From IMG/VR virus record IMGVR_UViG_2636415863_000002, positions 19,803 to 83,802 of that record: 64,000 nucleotides of DNA. One strand, written 5' to 3'. Origin of the DNA: a virus. Its lineage: Duplodnaviria; Caudoviricetes. A program made the translations under genes and the position numbers. Shown piece by piece: positions 53,658 through 62,721 of the stretch. The notes beneath the pieces were generated by a model. It was not told the DNA's origin. It searched no databases and saw only the letters and a list, made by a program, of their open reading frames with translations. How positions within the stretch are numbered: position 1 is the stretch's first letter; each line of letters begins with the position of its first letter.

Positions 53658-54025
53658 GCGGCGGCCTCCTTGGGCCGGGCGGCGCGGGTCTCAGCTATGA
53701 CCAGGCCCTTCACCGACAACCGCCAGACAGAGATGCGATGGCCGTGGGTGGGGCCGCTGGTGGACGGCACCATCTGCCCGGTGTGCTCGATCACGCCAGC
53801 GGTGCGCAGCGAGTTGATGGCGGCACCGAGGTAGCCGTGCGACAGCTCGGGCAGCACATCGCGGAGCTGATTGCAGTCGAATGTGTCGTTCGCCAGGCCG
53901 AAGTGCCAGACAGCCTGCTCGACGATGAAGCGGTCCCAGTCGCCGGTGCGGGCGACGATGTCGTCGAGCCGGATGTCCTTGTCGGCGGCGGCCAGGCGCT
54001 CGGCCGGGGTGAGAGAGCGAGGCAT
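53654..54025 (-). CDS. wHTH-like hypothetical protein
   Basis: Coupled operon; G.IE.TG..V.ST...H...I.VW. Confidence 0.5.
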   Translation of the reverse strand: MPRSLTPAERLAAADKDIRLDDIVARTGDWDRFIVEQAVWHFGLANDTFDCNQLRDVLPELSHGYLGAAINSLRTAGVIEHTGQMVPSTSGPTHGHRISVWRLSVKGLVIAETRAARPKEAAA

Positions 54026-54099
54026 TGAGGTTCTCCGATCGAGGGGGATCCTGGAGGGGTGGGCTGGCCCGCATTGCCCGCGGGCCGGCCCGGGGTGCC

Positions 54100-54375
54100 C
54101 TACTGGGCGGTGCCGTGCTGCTCGAGTTCGGCGTCCGTCATCAGGTCGTGCGGGATCTGACCGATGCGGAGAACCTCGCGGAGGTCGGCGGCGGTCTTGC
54201 GGTAGGTGGTGGCACGTTCGAACTGCTGCAGCTGCGTCGGGGTGGGCTCATCGATGAACAGGTCGTCGCCCCCGAAGTCGGGCGCCGACTTGGCCATCTG
54301 CTCCCACCGGTCAGCGAGGCTGGTGAGGGTGGTGCGCAGGTCGGCTTCGGCCTTGTGCATGGTCTTGGCGGTCAT
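54100..54375 (-). CDS. Hypothetical phage protein
   Basis: Flanked by two related hairpins. Confidence 0.5.
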   Translation of the reverse strand: MTAKTMHKAEADLRTTLTSLADRWEQMAKSAPDFGGDDLFIDEPTPTQLQQFERATTYRKTAADLREVLRIGQIPHDLMTDAELEQHGTAQ

Positions 54376-54454
54376 GGTGGTTGCCTTCCAAGGTGTGGTG
54401 TGCTGGGGTTCTGAGCCGGCCGCATTGCCCGCGGCCGGCTCAGGCGCGTGCGGG

Positions 54455-55387
54455 CTAGGCTGTGGTCTCGACCACTTCGGCGGGGTAGGCGCCGTCCTCG
54501 TCGGGCCCGGCTTCCTCGGCCTTCTTGCGGTCGGAGATGGCCTTGAGTCCGGCGATCAGGTCGTTGTTGAGGTGGCCTGCGGCGTGGGCTTGGCGGTACA
54601 CGTCGCCGACGTCGTCCGATGTGAGGGCGCCCTCGGCGAGCGCCAGGTAGTCGGGGCGCCCCGCCTCCAGTGCGGGGGCTGCTGCCTGAGTGCCCGGGTT
54701 GAGGGCCATGGCGCTCGTCATCGGACCGGCGAGGGCCTGCCGCGGGGTGACGCCACGGAGTTCGACTACGACGACGGGGAACTTCTTCGTCTCACCGTTC
54801 GACACACGCTGCCGTGGCTCGATGCGAAGGTTGACGGGGACGAACCCTTGGCCGTTGGTTCCGGCGAGGACCATGTCGACCATGCCGCCCCACTCCTGCG
54901 CGGCGTAGAAGCTGTGGGTCTCGGCCCGCCACATGCCCATACCGGAAAGGTCGGGGAGCATCACGTTCATGCGGGACGTGGTGGAGCAGACGGTGCCCTT
55001 CTTCTGCTGGTGCCAGTCCTCACCGAACTGCCGGGCGCACAGGCAGGGCTGGCGGGACAGGAGCTCGGTCTGACCGTCGCACCGGCGCTGGCAGCCGCCC
55101 TTGGACCACATCTCGTTGTACTGGTTCAGCGGGTCGCCGGGCGTGATCAGCGCCTCGATCGACGAAGCCTTTGTGATGACACGCCACTGCGTGATGGTCG
55201 AGTTGAGCGGCTGCCACTGCTCAGGGGCGCCGCCCCACAGTTCGGCTGCCTTGCTCACGTGTTCTTCGCTGTGTGAGGTGACGACCCAGGTAGCTGACCG
55301 CATGGGCCGGTTGCCTTGGGTGTAGCCGGTGCGGAGGCGTCCGTGCTCGGCAGCGCGGCGCTGGATGTTGAGGAGTCGGGAGCCCAT
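54455..55387 (-). CDS. phiC31 gp3-like (RDF-like/recombination) protein
   Basis: GRLR.G...W..TS...A.L.GG...E.WS.GGC.RRCDG...C.C...C....R..V.LP. Confidence 0.65.
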   Translation of the reverse strand: MGSRLLNIQRRAAEHGRLRTGYTQGNRPMRSATWVVTSHSEEHVSKAAELWGGAPEQWQPLNSTITQWRVITKASSIEALITPGDPLNQYNEMWSKGGCQRRCDGQTELLSRQPCLCARQFGEDWHQQKKGTVCSTTSRMNVMLPDLSGMGMWRAETHSFYAAQEWGGMVDMVLAGTNGQGFVPVNLRIEPRQRVSNGETKKFPVVVVELRGVTPRQALAGPMTSAMALNPGTQAAAPALEAGRPDYLALAEGALTSDDVGDVYRQAHAAGHLNNDLIAGLKAISDRKKAEEAGPDEDGAYPAEVVETTA

Positions 55388-55390
55388 CGG

Positions 55391-56233
55391 TCAGGCCACC
55401 TTTCGGAAGTTGCGCCACCGTGCCGGGACGGGCTGGTCGGGGGCGAGGAGTGCCGGGTAGGAGGAGGGGGCGGCGTGGTGCCAGAGCGCGTTGACGAGGG
55501 CGCCGCGGAACGCCTTGTGGGCGTCGCGGTCGGCGGGCATCTCGACGAGGGCGTGGGACTTGGCCCGAAGGTTGAGCACGCCGGTTCGCTGTATGGCCGG
55601 CATTGGCTGCTCGGTGTCGTCCGGCAGGAGGACCGTCTCGCAGTAGCGGAGCGCGGCCAGTTGCTGTGTGTTCTCCGGGTAGACGGACTTGGCGGAGCGG
55701 GTAGCCGACGTCTTGTAGTCGATCAGCCACAGTTCGAGGGCCCGGTTCTTGCCGGTCGGCAGCCATGTGAGGAGGTCTGCGGTTCCGGCGTATCCGAGGC
55801 GCCGGTGCAGGCACGTGATTTCGGTGGCTTCGACGTGCTTGGCCGTGTCGACTCCCCAGTAGGAAAGCCACAGGTCGAACTGGGCGAGGTAGGGGGCGAC
55901 TTCTGGATCGTTGGCGACGGGGGCGCTGAGGAGTCGCAGCTCGCATGCTTTGTGGATGCGGTCGCCGAGGTCGGCCGCAGTTTCGCGGGCGTCGCGGTGG
56001 ACCTTCTTGATCTGCCTGGTGAGGTCGTCCCGGCCGGTGATGGCGCGGCGGGCGACCTCCATGCGGTGGTCGAGGATCCACTCGACGGTGAGCTTCACCG
56101 CCCAGGGCATGAGAGCCGGCTTGTTGACGGAAGTGGCGAGGACGTTGGTGACGGAGACGAGGTCGGGGCCGCCGGCCGGATCGGTGTAGTAACGGCCGTG
56201 GTCGGTGTCGTTTGCGTGGCGTGGGTTGGTCAC
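55391..56233 (-). CDS. PD-(D/E)XK (Cas4/RecB-like) exonuclease
   Basis: SVT.VL...KPAL..W, G..IH, E......GYAGTADL...LIDYKT, QLAA. Confidence 0.8.
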   Translation of the reverse strand: MTNPRHANDTDHGRYYTDPAGGPDLVSVTNVLATSVNKPALMPWAVKLTVEWILDHRMEVARRAITGRDDLTRQIKKVHRDARETAADLGDRIHKACELRLLSAPVANDPEVAPYLAQFDLWLSYWGVDTAKHVEATEITCLHRRLGYAGTADLLTWLPTGKNRALELWLIDYKTSATRSAKSVYPENTQQLAALRYCETVLLPDDTEQPMPAIQRTGVLNLRAKSHALVEMPADRDAHKAFRGALVNALWHHAAPSSYPALLAPDQPVPARWRNFRKVA

Positions 56234-56568
56234 AAGGCACCGCCCAGGGGCACGGGCCGTGCGCAGGGCTCGCACAGGTCGTCGTCGGTAAACGGGCCGT
56301 CTTCGTCACCGCACCGGGTGCAGCGGATTGGCTGCTGTTCGGTGAGGTCTTCGTCGCACTTGGCGCAGCGGGAGTGGGCGCCGGTGATCGCGCCCATTTC
56401 GTCGTGCAGGTGGACGAGAAGGACGTCGCCGCCGCAGCCGGCGTGTCCGATGTCCTCGGCGCGGTAGGTGCGCTCCAGGCCACCGCCCCAGTCCTCGGTG
56501 TTGATGAGGGTCCAGTTGATGTCGTCGGGGATGTTCGGCATGGGCGTGGTCTCCTTGGTGGTGTTCAC
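56230..56568 (-). CDS. Zn-ribbon hypothetical protein
   Basis: Several CxxC pairs; coupled operon. Confidence 0.5.
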   Translation of the reverse strand: MNTTKETTPMPNIPDDINWTLINTEDWGGGLERTYRAEDIGHAGCGGDVLLVHLHDEMGAITGAHSRCAKCDEDLTEQQPIRCTRCGDEDGPFTDDDLCEPCARPVPLGGAL

Positions 56569-57659
56569 ACCGCCGCCTCAGTGGCTCGGCCCACGGGGAA
56601 CTGATCCCAGGTGCGGCCGTCGAGCTGGCGGCCGGCGTTCTTCTTGCCGACTCGCCGCATTTCCCAGCGGTGGCCGAGGTCGTCGATCGGGTCGCCGACG
56701 AACACGCATCCCTTGTCGCGAGCGCCGATGGCCATGTAGCCGGTGGGCTGGTAGGCGCCCCACTGCTTGAAGAGGAACGGCACCTCGGCGGCGGCGCACT
56801 GGTCGCGGAGGGAGCGGGCCCAGTCTGGGCTCATAGGGCGGGCTCCGGGTCCGGACTCGCCTCCGGCGATGACCCAGCCGATCGGCTGCTCGTTCGGGCG
56901 GCCGTTGCCGGTGTGGCTGCCGCTCCACATGCCTTCGGCGCCGCAGTTCGGGCAGTGCCGCTGGAGTGGGCCGGAGAAGTAGCGTCGGCATGACGGTTCT
57001 TGGCAGCGCCAGCTGGCCGTGCCCTCGGGCATCCAGGCGGACAGGTCGACCGGCCCGAGCAGTGGCTCGCAGGACAGGAACCGCACCGCGGCCGGGGTGT
57101 CGACCAGGGCGGGGATGCGGAGGTTGGCACGCTTCTGGTCCTCGACGCTCACCCCGAGCCACACGTTGCGGAGCGGCTTGGCGAAGTCGCTCCACCACTG
57201 AGAGGTCTTCTGCTCTCGCTCGTAGCGCGCCAACGGCGTCGCATCGTCGGCGACGAGGGCTGCCTGCTCCTTCTCGCACAGCAGGCGGAAGGAGCTGCTG
57301 CCGACCAGCGACCGCATCCGAGCATGGCGCTTGGTCAGGATCTGATAGGTGTGCTGCGGCGTGAGCGCCATGACCGCCCACACGCGGGCGATGTAGTCGT
57401 CGGGGATGTCCTTGTGGAACAGGTCGGACATCGAGTTGACGAAGACCTTGCGTGCCTTGCGCCACCTCAGGGGGATCGTCATCCGCTCCGGTCGGAGCGT
57501 GATGTCGAAGCCGTTCTCGAAGTAGTGCCCGAGGGTGCCGCGCCAGCGCTCGGCGAAGGTCTCCGCATAGCAGTTGTCGCAGCCGGGCGAGACCTTCTCG
57601 CAGCCGGTGACGACGTTCCAGGTGGCATCGGTCCATTCGATGCCGGTGGTATTAGCCAC
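56565..57659 (-). CDS. Phage Gp37/Gp68 (DUF5131) family protein
   Basis: IEWTDATWN.VTGC.KVSPGCDNCYA, FVNSMSDLFH, FLSCEPLLG, WVIAGGESG, FKQWG. Confidence 0.9.
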   Translation of the reverse strand: MANTTGIEWTDATWNVVTGCEKVSPGCDNCYAETFAERWRGTLGHYFENGFDITLRPERMTIPLRWRKARKVFVNSMSDLFHKDIPDDYIARVWAVMALTPQHTYQILTKRHARMRSLVGSSSFRLLCEKEQAALVADDATPLARYEREQKTSQWWSDFAKPLRNVWLGVSVEDQKRANLRIPALVDTPAAVRFLSCEPLLGPVDLSAWMPEGTASWRCQEPSCRRYFSGPLQRHCPNCGAEGMWSGSHTGNGRPNEQPIGWVIAGGESGPGARPMSPDWARSLRDQCAAAEVPFLFKQWGAYQPTGYMAIGARDKGCVFVGDPIDDLGHRWEMRRVGKKNAGRQLDGRTWDQFPVGRATEAAV

Positions 57660-57725
57660 TGTGTGTTCTCCTTGGTTGGTGGCAACCCCGCCCGATTTGG
57701 GCGGGCGGGGTTGCCATGCAAGGGC

Positions 57726-58106
57726 TTAAGCGGCGGCCTTGCGCTGCGCGGCCATGTACTGCTCGTCGGTGTAGCCGTCGTGCTCGTGAGCGAGATCCAG
57801 GACCGCCTGCTTCTGCACCCGGGGCCGGTCGGTGATCCAGTCGACGAGCGGACCGGCGGCGTTAGCAAAGGCCGTTGCCGCTTCGGGGCTGCGGAAGCTA
57901 ATGGGGATGCGCTTACCGCTGGGGGCGTGGGTGACGCTCCACCAGTCCTTCTCGACGGCGAGGGGGCCGAGAAGCAGTGGGAAGACGACCAGGCCGGCCG
58001 TCTCGGTGAGCTGGGCGTGGATGGTCTGCCGAACGCGCATGGTGCCGCCGTCGTCCAGCGGGAGATTGATCACGGCTGCGACGGGGATGCCTTCTGTTTC
58101 GGGCAT
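57726..58106 (-). CDS. Hypothetical phage protein
   Basis: AAGGGA RBS; W.VTH.PSG. Confidence 0.45.
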   Translation of the reverse strand: MPETEGIPVAAVINLPLDDGGTMRVRQTIHAQLTETAGLVVFPLLLGPLAVEKDWWSVTHAPSGKRIPISFRSPEAATAFANAAGPLVDWITDRPRVQKQAVLDLAHEHDGYTDEQYMAAQRKAAA

Positions 58107-58140
58107 GGCTGTCCCTTCGAATGGCGTGCGGTGGGGTGTT

Positions 58141-58539
58141 TCAGGCGGCGGAGGGGCCGCGCTGCTGCAGCGGGATGACGCGGGCGATCGGCTGTGTGCG
58201 GGCGGCGAGTTCGCGGCGGAGGCGCTCGTTGTCGGCGGCCCGCTCCTGGTTCTGGCGGTCGACGCAGGCGTTGACGCGTCCGACCTCGGTGGCCCAGTTG
58301 ATTGCCTGCTCAAGCTTGGCCAGCAGGCGCTCGCGTTCAGCGGCGAGATGGTCGATCGTCTCCATCGCGGCCACCTGTCGTTCGAGGGCGACTGCGGCTT
58401 CCTGGCGGAGTTGGGTGTTGGCGTCCCGCACGTCGGTGATCTCGCTGTCGAGGCTGCGGAGTTCCCGCTCGATCCGGGCGGTCTCCCCACGGGATTCAGC
58501 AAGCTGTCGACGGAGGCGGAGAATGATCCGGATGGTCAC
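58141..58539 (-). CDS. Coiled-coil phage protein
   Basis: AAGGAGG RBS; heptad pattern. Confidence 0.5.
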   Translation of the reverse strand: MTIRIILRLRRQLAESRGETARIERELRSLDSEITDVRDANTQLRQEAAVALERQVAAMETIDHLAAERERLLAKLEQAINWATEVGRVNACVDRQNQERAADNERLRRELAARTQPIARVIPLQQRGPSAA

Positions 58540-58776
58540 TGGTCCTCCTTCCTGTTGCCTCGCTGGGAGGCGACGATCATTGCGGCGGCGATGGCGCCGA
58601 GGACGGCGGCGATCCACTCGGGGGCGGTCACGACGTGACCTCCCCGTCATTGGGCTCGCCGACCGGCTCCGTGGCGCTCTTGGCGTCGAGCCGCTGGCAG
58701 TACGCCTCGTAGGACTCGGTGAGTCCGTCGGCGAGCGAGCGCGCGAAGTCGGGGTCGATGGCCCGCGGGGTGGCGG

Positions 58777-59121
58777 TCATGCCGCCGCCGCCAGAGCCAT
58801 CGCCGGGGCGTCCTGCCGGTGGTGCAGGGTGAGGACGATGGCGATCCCGTCGATCGTGGTGTGGGTGCTGGACACCCACCCGCCGAACTCGACCCGGCGG
58901 GTGTGCACCCCCGCGGGCGCGATGTCCAGCGCCCGCAGCCACGCGTCGAACGCGTCCGGCTCGCCGTGGAACGACAGGTCGATGGTCACCAGCGCCGACA
59001 GGTTGATGTGGCCCCGTACATGAACCTCGGCCGCCGGCAGGTCCGTTGCGGCCTCGGCAACCTGCGACAGGAGGCTGTACGCGCGGCTTTGGTCGCGGGC
59101 CGTCAGGAGGGTGCTGGTCAC
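58777..59121 (-). CDS. Hypothetical phage protein
   Basis: GGAGG RBS; coupled operon. Confidence 0.45.
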   Translation of the reverse strand: MTSTLLTARDQSRAYSLLSQVAEAATDLPAAEVHVRGHINLSALVTIDLSFHGEPDAFDAWLRALDIAPAGVHTRRVEFGGWVSSTHTTIDGIAIVLTLHHRQDAPAMALAAAA

Positions 59122-59453
59122 GAGATGCCTCCGAAAACGTCGGCCGGAGTTGGCCGGATCGGGCGGGTGAACGTCGGCCGGGCCGGCATTTGGTGCAGGG
59201 GCCCGTGCCAGTCGTGCAAGTCCTGGAGCGGCACCGCGGTGAGAGTCGAGATGGTGGGCAGGAAGTGGCCGCGCAGGTCCCGGCGCCACGACCGCATCAG
59301 CGGCTGCCCGGTGGTGTCGCGTTGGCCGGTCCACTCCCACGGGATGCCTGTCGCATCCATCTGCTGGTGCCGCAGGTCGATGACGGTGCCGTCGGCGAGG
59401 GCTGCGTACCCGCCGGCCGCCGGGGCGGCGGTCAGGTCGTCGATGATGGTCAC
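59118..59453 (-). CDS. Hypothetical phage protein
   Basis: W.WTG......PLM motif; coupled operon. Confidence 0.5.
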   Translation of the reverse strand: MTIIDDLTAAPAAGGYAALADGTVIDLRHQQMDATGIPWEWTGQRDTTGQPLMRSWRRDLRGHFLPTISTLTAVPLQDLHDWHGPLHQMPARPTFTRPIRPTPADVFGGIS

Positions 59454-59776
59454 GACGCCTCACCGCCCTCGATCACGTCGATGTGAGTGAGGCAGATGCC
59501 GCCGGCGTAGCCGTCGACGGAGACGACAGGCTCACCGTGGCCGAGGATCCACGCCGAGGTCCGGGTCGTGGTCTCCAGCCGCGTGCACGGGTCGGTTTCC
59601 CCGTAGGTGCGGCCTTCGTCGACCCTCTTCTGGTGGGCGACTGCGACCGGATGTTCCGGGCGGATGCCGGGGTACGCCATCACACGCGTGCCGACCGGGT
59701 GGCGGGTGTTCCAGGCGTCAGCCTCGCGCTGGCCCTTCTTCTTCTCCGCTTCGAGCCTTGCTCGGTAGCCGCTCAC
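59450..59776 (-). CDS. Hypothetical phage protein
   Basis: WN..HPVGT.V...T.TR..AW.LG....V.V.GY.G.I.L.H. Confidence 0.55.
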   Translation of the reverse strand: MSGYRARLEAEKKKGQREADAWNTRHPVGTRVMAYPGIRPEHPVAVAHQKRVDEGRTYGETDPCTRLETTTRTSAWILGHGEPVVSVDGYAGGICLTHIDVIEGGEAS

Positions 59777-60384
59777 GCTGCCACCGCCTTCCGGGCGGCG
59801 TCGTACAGGTCGATGCCGCGACGGATCGCGTGGCAGCAGTGCAGGAAGCCCGGCGTGTAGTCGCTGAAGTCCCACTCCCAGGTCTCGCCGAACGTCCAGC
59901 CCTCGTAGCGGAAGTCGTCCAGCTCCTTGCGGGCGCCAGCCTCGTGGCTGATGTCGCCCCACTCGAAGATGTCGCGAGTTACCTCGGCGCCGATGCCGCG
60001 CGGGGCATCGCCCTCACGGATTGCCCGGACGACATGCTCCTTGACCTGGCGCTCGAACAGCTCGTCGCTGAACGCCTCGACCTCGTCGCGTCCGGCGCGG
60101 ACCTTCTCCTGCCAGTAGCTAGGGTTGATCTCGCCGCTGAACGACGTGTTGCGGAACAGGTCGAACATGTCGGGGGTGGCGTCGATGTCGAAGTGGAACG
60201 TCCAGCCCGCCTTGACGACGAGGTTGTACGGCCACGTGATCAGCTCGAAGGCGTGGAAGCCGCCGCGCTCCGCGCTGGCGAATCGCAGGTGCCGGTACAG
60301 GCCGTCGCCGTGCAGGACGATCATCTGGTGCTGGGCGGTGTCGCGGGCGAAGCGGGCCGCGATCTCCGGGTAGTCGTCAGCCAC
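59773..60384 (-). CDS. Conserved phage protein
   Basis: H.M.VL..DG.YRHLRF...ITWP...INP.YW.EK. Confidence 0.65.
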   Translation of the reverse strand: MADDYPEIAARFARDTAQHQMIVLHGDGLYRHLRFASAERGGFHAFELITWPYNLVVKAGWTFHFDIDATPDMFDLFRNTSFSGEINPSYWQEKVRAGRDEVEAFSDELFERQVKEHVVRAIREGDAPRGIGAEVTRDIFEWGDISHEAGARKELDDFRYEGWTFGETWEWDFSDYTPGFLHCCHAIRRGIDLYDAARKAVAA

Positions 60385-60871
60385 GGCCAGCCTCCTCGTC
60401 GACGTCCAGGGCGTCCTGGCAGTTGGGGCACAGGCCGGTGATGCGGTACTCCGCCTCGTACTGCGCGGCCTCGGCCTGGGAGCGGAACAGCCGGGTGTCG
60501 GCGATCTCCGCGAGGGGCCGACCGCAGCCGATCGGCGGCATCAGGCAGCGACCCTCACGCGCCGCCGTGGCGGGCAGGTCACCACCCGACAGGGCGGTCA
60601 AAACGTCTTGGGTGGAAGTGCTGTTCACCTTCGGGTGCGCAATGCCGGGGAGCGGGAAGCTCGTGTCGAGGTCGGCGTCCAGCCAGTGCCGCTGCTCAGC
60701 CAGCCGGCCATCCGTCAGCGGCATCCGCTGCTGGAGACGGTCCAGTTCGTAGGCCGTGCGGAGCTTGATCTCCCGCTCCACCTGGGCGGCATGCATGTCC
60801 AGGTCGGAGATGCGGCGGAGAGCCGGGGTGGAAGAGTTGGGTACCGATGCGGATGCGAAGATGGCGTTCAT
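60377..60871 (-). CDS. Hypothetical phage protein
   Basis: C...GCG...FR...EY.I.GLC..CQD. Confidence 0.5.
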   Translation of the reverse strand: MNAIFASASVPNSSTPALRRISDLDMHAAQVEREIKLRTAYELDRLQQRMPLTDGRLAEQRHWLDADLDTSFPLPGIAHPKVNSTSTQDVLTALSGGDLPATAAREGRCLMPPIGCGRPLAEIADTRLFRSQAEAAQYEAEYRITGLCPNCQDALDVDEEAGRG

Positions 60872-60975
60872 GACGCCTGCCCTTCTTTGATGTGTGTGGG
60901 TGGTGCGTCTAGGCCCCGCTGCCGGTGTGTGAGAGCCCGGCGGTTGGGGCCGTTTGCCGCTAAGCGGCGGGTAGC

Positions 60976-61302
60976 TCAGCCCGCGAGGGCGAGCTCGCAG
61001 GGGGTGTCGGTGGAGCTCTTCCGCGGCCGGCGAGCCGCGGACCGCTTGGGCCGTCGGGCCTCGGGGGGTCGGGAATCCTGCGACGGCTGCTGGGCCTGCA
61101 GTTCCAGGTCCCTGATGTAGGCGTCTACGGATTCGATCCGGGCGCAGACGTGCTTGCCGAGGAAGAAGGTCTCAGGACCCTTTCCAGCCATGCGCCACTT
61201 GCGGTAGGTGCCGGGCGTGATGCCCAGGCGTGAAGCGATACCCGGCCCGTTGGGGCTGTCGTCGATGAAGACGAAGCCGTCCGGGGGTGTCTTGCTGGCC
61301 AC
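60976..61302 (-). CDS. Excisionase/AlpA-like HTH protein
   Basis: IA.RLGI.PGT.RKWR..GKGP..F.LG......I..VD.Y. Confidence 0.65.
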   Translation of the reverse strand: MASKTPPDGFVFIDDSPNGPGIASRLGITPGTYRKWRMAGKGPETFFLGKHVCARIESVDAYIRDLELQAQQPSQDSRPPEARRPKRSAARRPRKSSTDTPCELALAG

Positions 61303-61311
61303 ATGCTCTCC

Positions 61312-61587
61312 TTAGTCCGGTGGGGCGGTGTTGGGATCCGTGTTGTTCGGATCTGGAGACGCCGGGGGCGCGAAAAGCACCAGTACGGCAACGCCGAGGG
61401 ACTCCGCGATGTTGTGGGCCGTGCCCGCGTCACAGTCAGCGCGACGTCCGCTGACCAGGTGCCCTATGAGTGAGTGGTGGCTCAGGCCGATGGCATCTGC
61501 CAGCGATCTGACGGTGTATGGAGTGCCGCGCCCGGGGTGCTGCATGAGGTACTGCAGGACACCTCTGTCGCGGAGCCGGTAGCGCAC
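61312..61587 (-). CDS. Cro-like XRE regulator
   Basis: TVRSLADAIG.....IGHL.SG.R......A..IA..LGV....LF; divergent from repressor. Confidence 0.7.
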   Translation of the reverse strand: MRYRLRDRGVLQYLMQHPGRGTPYTVRSLADAIGLSHHSLIGHLVSGRRADCDAGTAHNIAESLGVAVLVLFAPPASPDPNNTDPNTAPPD

Positions 61588-61649
61588 TCTCAACGGATCT
61601 CCAGTGGAACGGATCGGTTCTCGATGAGAACAGATAAGCACAGCAGGAG

Positions 61650-61805
61650 CCGCTTCGTCTACCGATCCGAACGGCCAAATTAGAAGTTTCCGCGCAGTAG
61701 CTTGAGCGCTAACCTCGATTCGTAGACGATTCGTCTGCGGCGGGGAATGGTTGTACCGGCTGACCTGCGTTTTGTAGAGTCAGCGCGGCCTAGAGACGAG
61801 ACGAC
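61650..61805. promoter_or_regulatory. Genetic switch region with putative operators
   Basis: Repeated AGACG/CGTCT half-sites including the near-palindrome GTAGACGATTCGTCTGC at about 61723-61739. Confidence 0.45.
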
Positions 61806-61833
61806 CGTGGATGAAACGCGAAGGGACGATGAC

Positions 61834-62286
61834 ATGGAGGCGGCTGCTGCCGACCGTCAGCACCACCCCGAGGGGTCAGCAGTGCCCGACTCCCTTGCCG
61901 AGCAGCTGGACCGCGATGAGCTGAGCCGCCTGGTGCGCGAGGCCAACGACGCCGGCGCCTCCTATCAGCAGCTCGCGGATCGAGCGGTCGACCCCGAGAC
62001 GGGCGAGCAGCTCTCGAAGCCGTACATGCAGAAGCTGGCCACCAATGCCGTCACGACGGCCCCGAACGCCGCCCGGCTGCGAGCTATCGCCGCCGCGCTA
62101 CGGCAGCCGCTGACCGTGGTGCAGCGGGCCGCGGCGCGACAGTTCCTCGACTACAAGGCGACCGAGCTATCCGGCTACGACGATGACGTGCGTGTGATCG
62201 TCGCCCACCTGGCAGGCATGACACCCACCGCCAAGCGCCGGTGGCGAGCCATGATCGAGGCCGTGGAGAACGTCGACGAAGAGTGA
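61834..62286 (+). CDS. Immunity repressor (XRE-like)
   Basis: LSRLV...G.SY..LA.RA.DP.TG...P....L.AIA.AL..P...V..AAA.QF. Confidence 0.7.
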   Translation: MEAAAADRQHHPEGSAVPDSLAEQLDRDELSRLVREANDAGASYQQLADRAVDPETGEQLSKPYMQKLATNAVTTAPNAARLRAIAAALRQPLTVVQRAAARQFLDYKATELSGYDDDVRVIVAHLAGMTPTAKRRWRAMIEAVENVDEE

Positions 62287-62433
62287 CGGTGACGGCCGAA
62301 CGAAGCTACGCAAATCGGAACGACTTGTGGATTCTGGTTGTGCGTTCAAATTTCGGAGGGTAGCTTTCCGGATTCAACCCGTCACATCAGGGGACTCCCC
62401 CACACCCCTGTTCCCACGGCCTGGGGGTGCAGG

Positions 62434-62721
62434 ATGCTCGACGTCCAGTACGTGTACGACAAGGCGCGAACCTTCGACGAGCCCGTAGCCGTCCGCGAAA
62501 CACGAGGTACCGTCCGCTTCGAGCTCTACCGCGGCTTCTTCCTCCCCGAGGGAGTCGCCGCGCTGAACATCGCCACGGCCCAAGTCCTCGCCGGAGGACA
62601 GTGGTTCCAGCTGTGGAGAGGTGAGATCGTGTCCATGCGCTCACCTCTGCTCAAGGAGCCCTATGGCCGGATACATCGAGGATCGCTGGTGGACCAAGAA
62701 GCCCGATCCCAAGACTGGTAA
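62434..62721 (+). CDS. Hypothetical protein between repressor and integrase
   Basis: ATG at 62434; W.QLW.G motif; 3' end overlaps integrase start. Confidence 0.5.
   Translation: MLDVQYVYDKARTFDEPVAVRETRGTVRFELYRGFFLPEGVAALNIATAQVLAGGQWFQLWRGEIVSMRSPLLKEPYGRIHRGSLVDQEARSQDW

Noticed and set aside
55391-56233. Cas4 as part of a CRISPR system
   Set aside because: Stand-alone phage exonuclease in the recombination module; no cas1/cas2 or array
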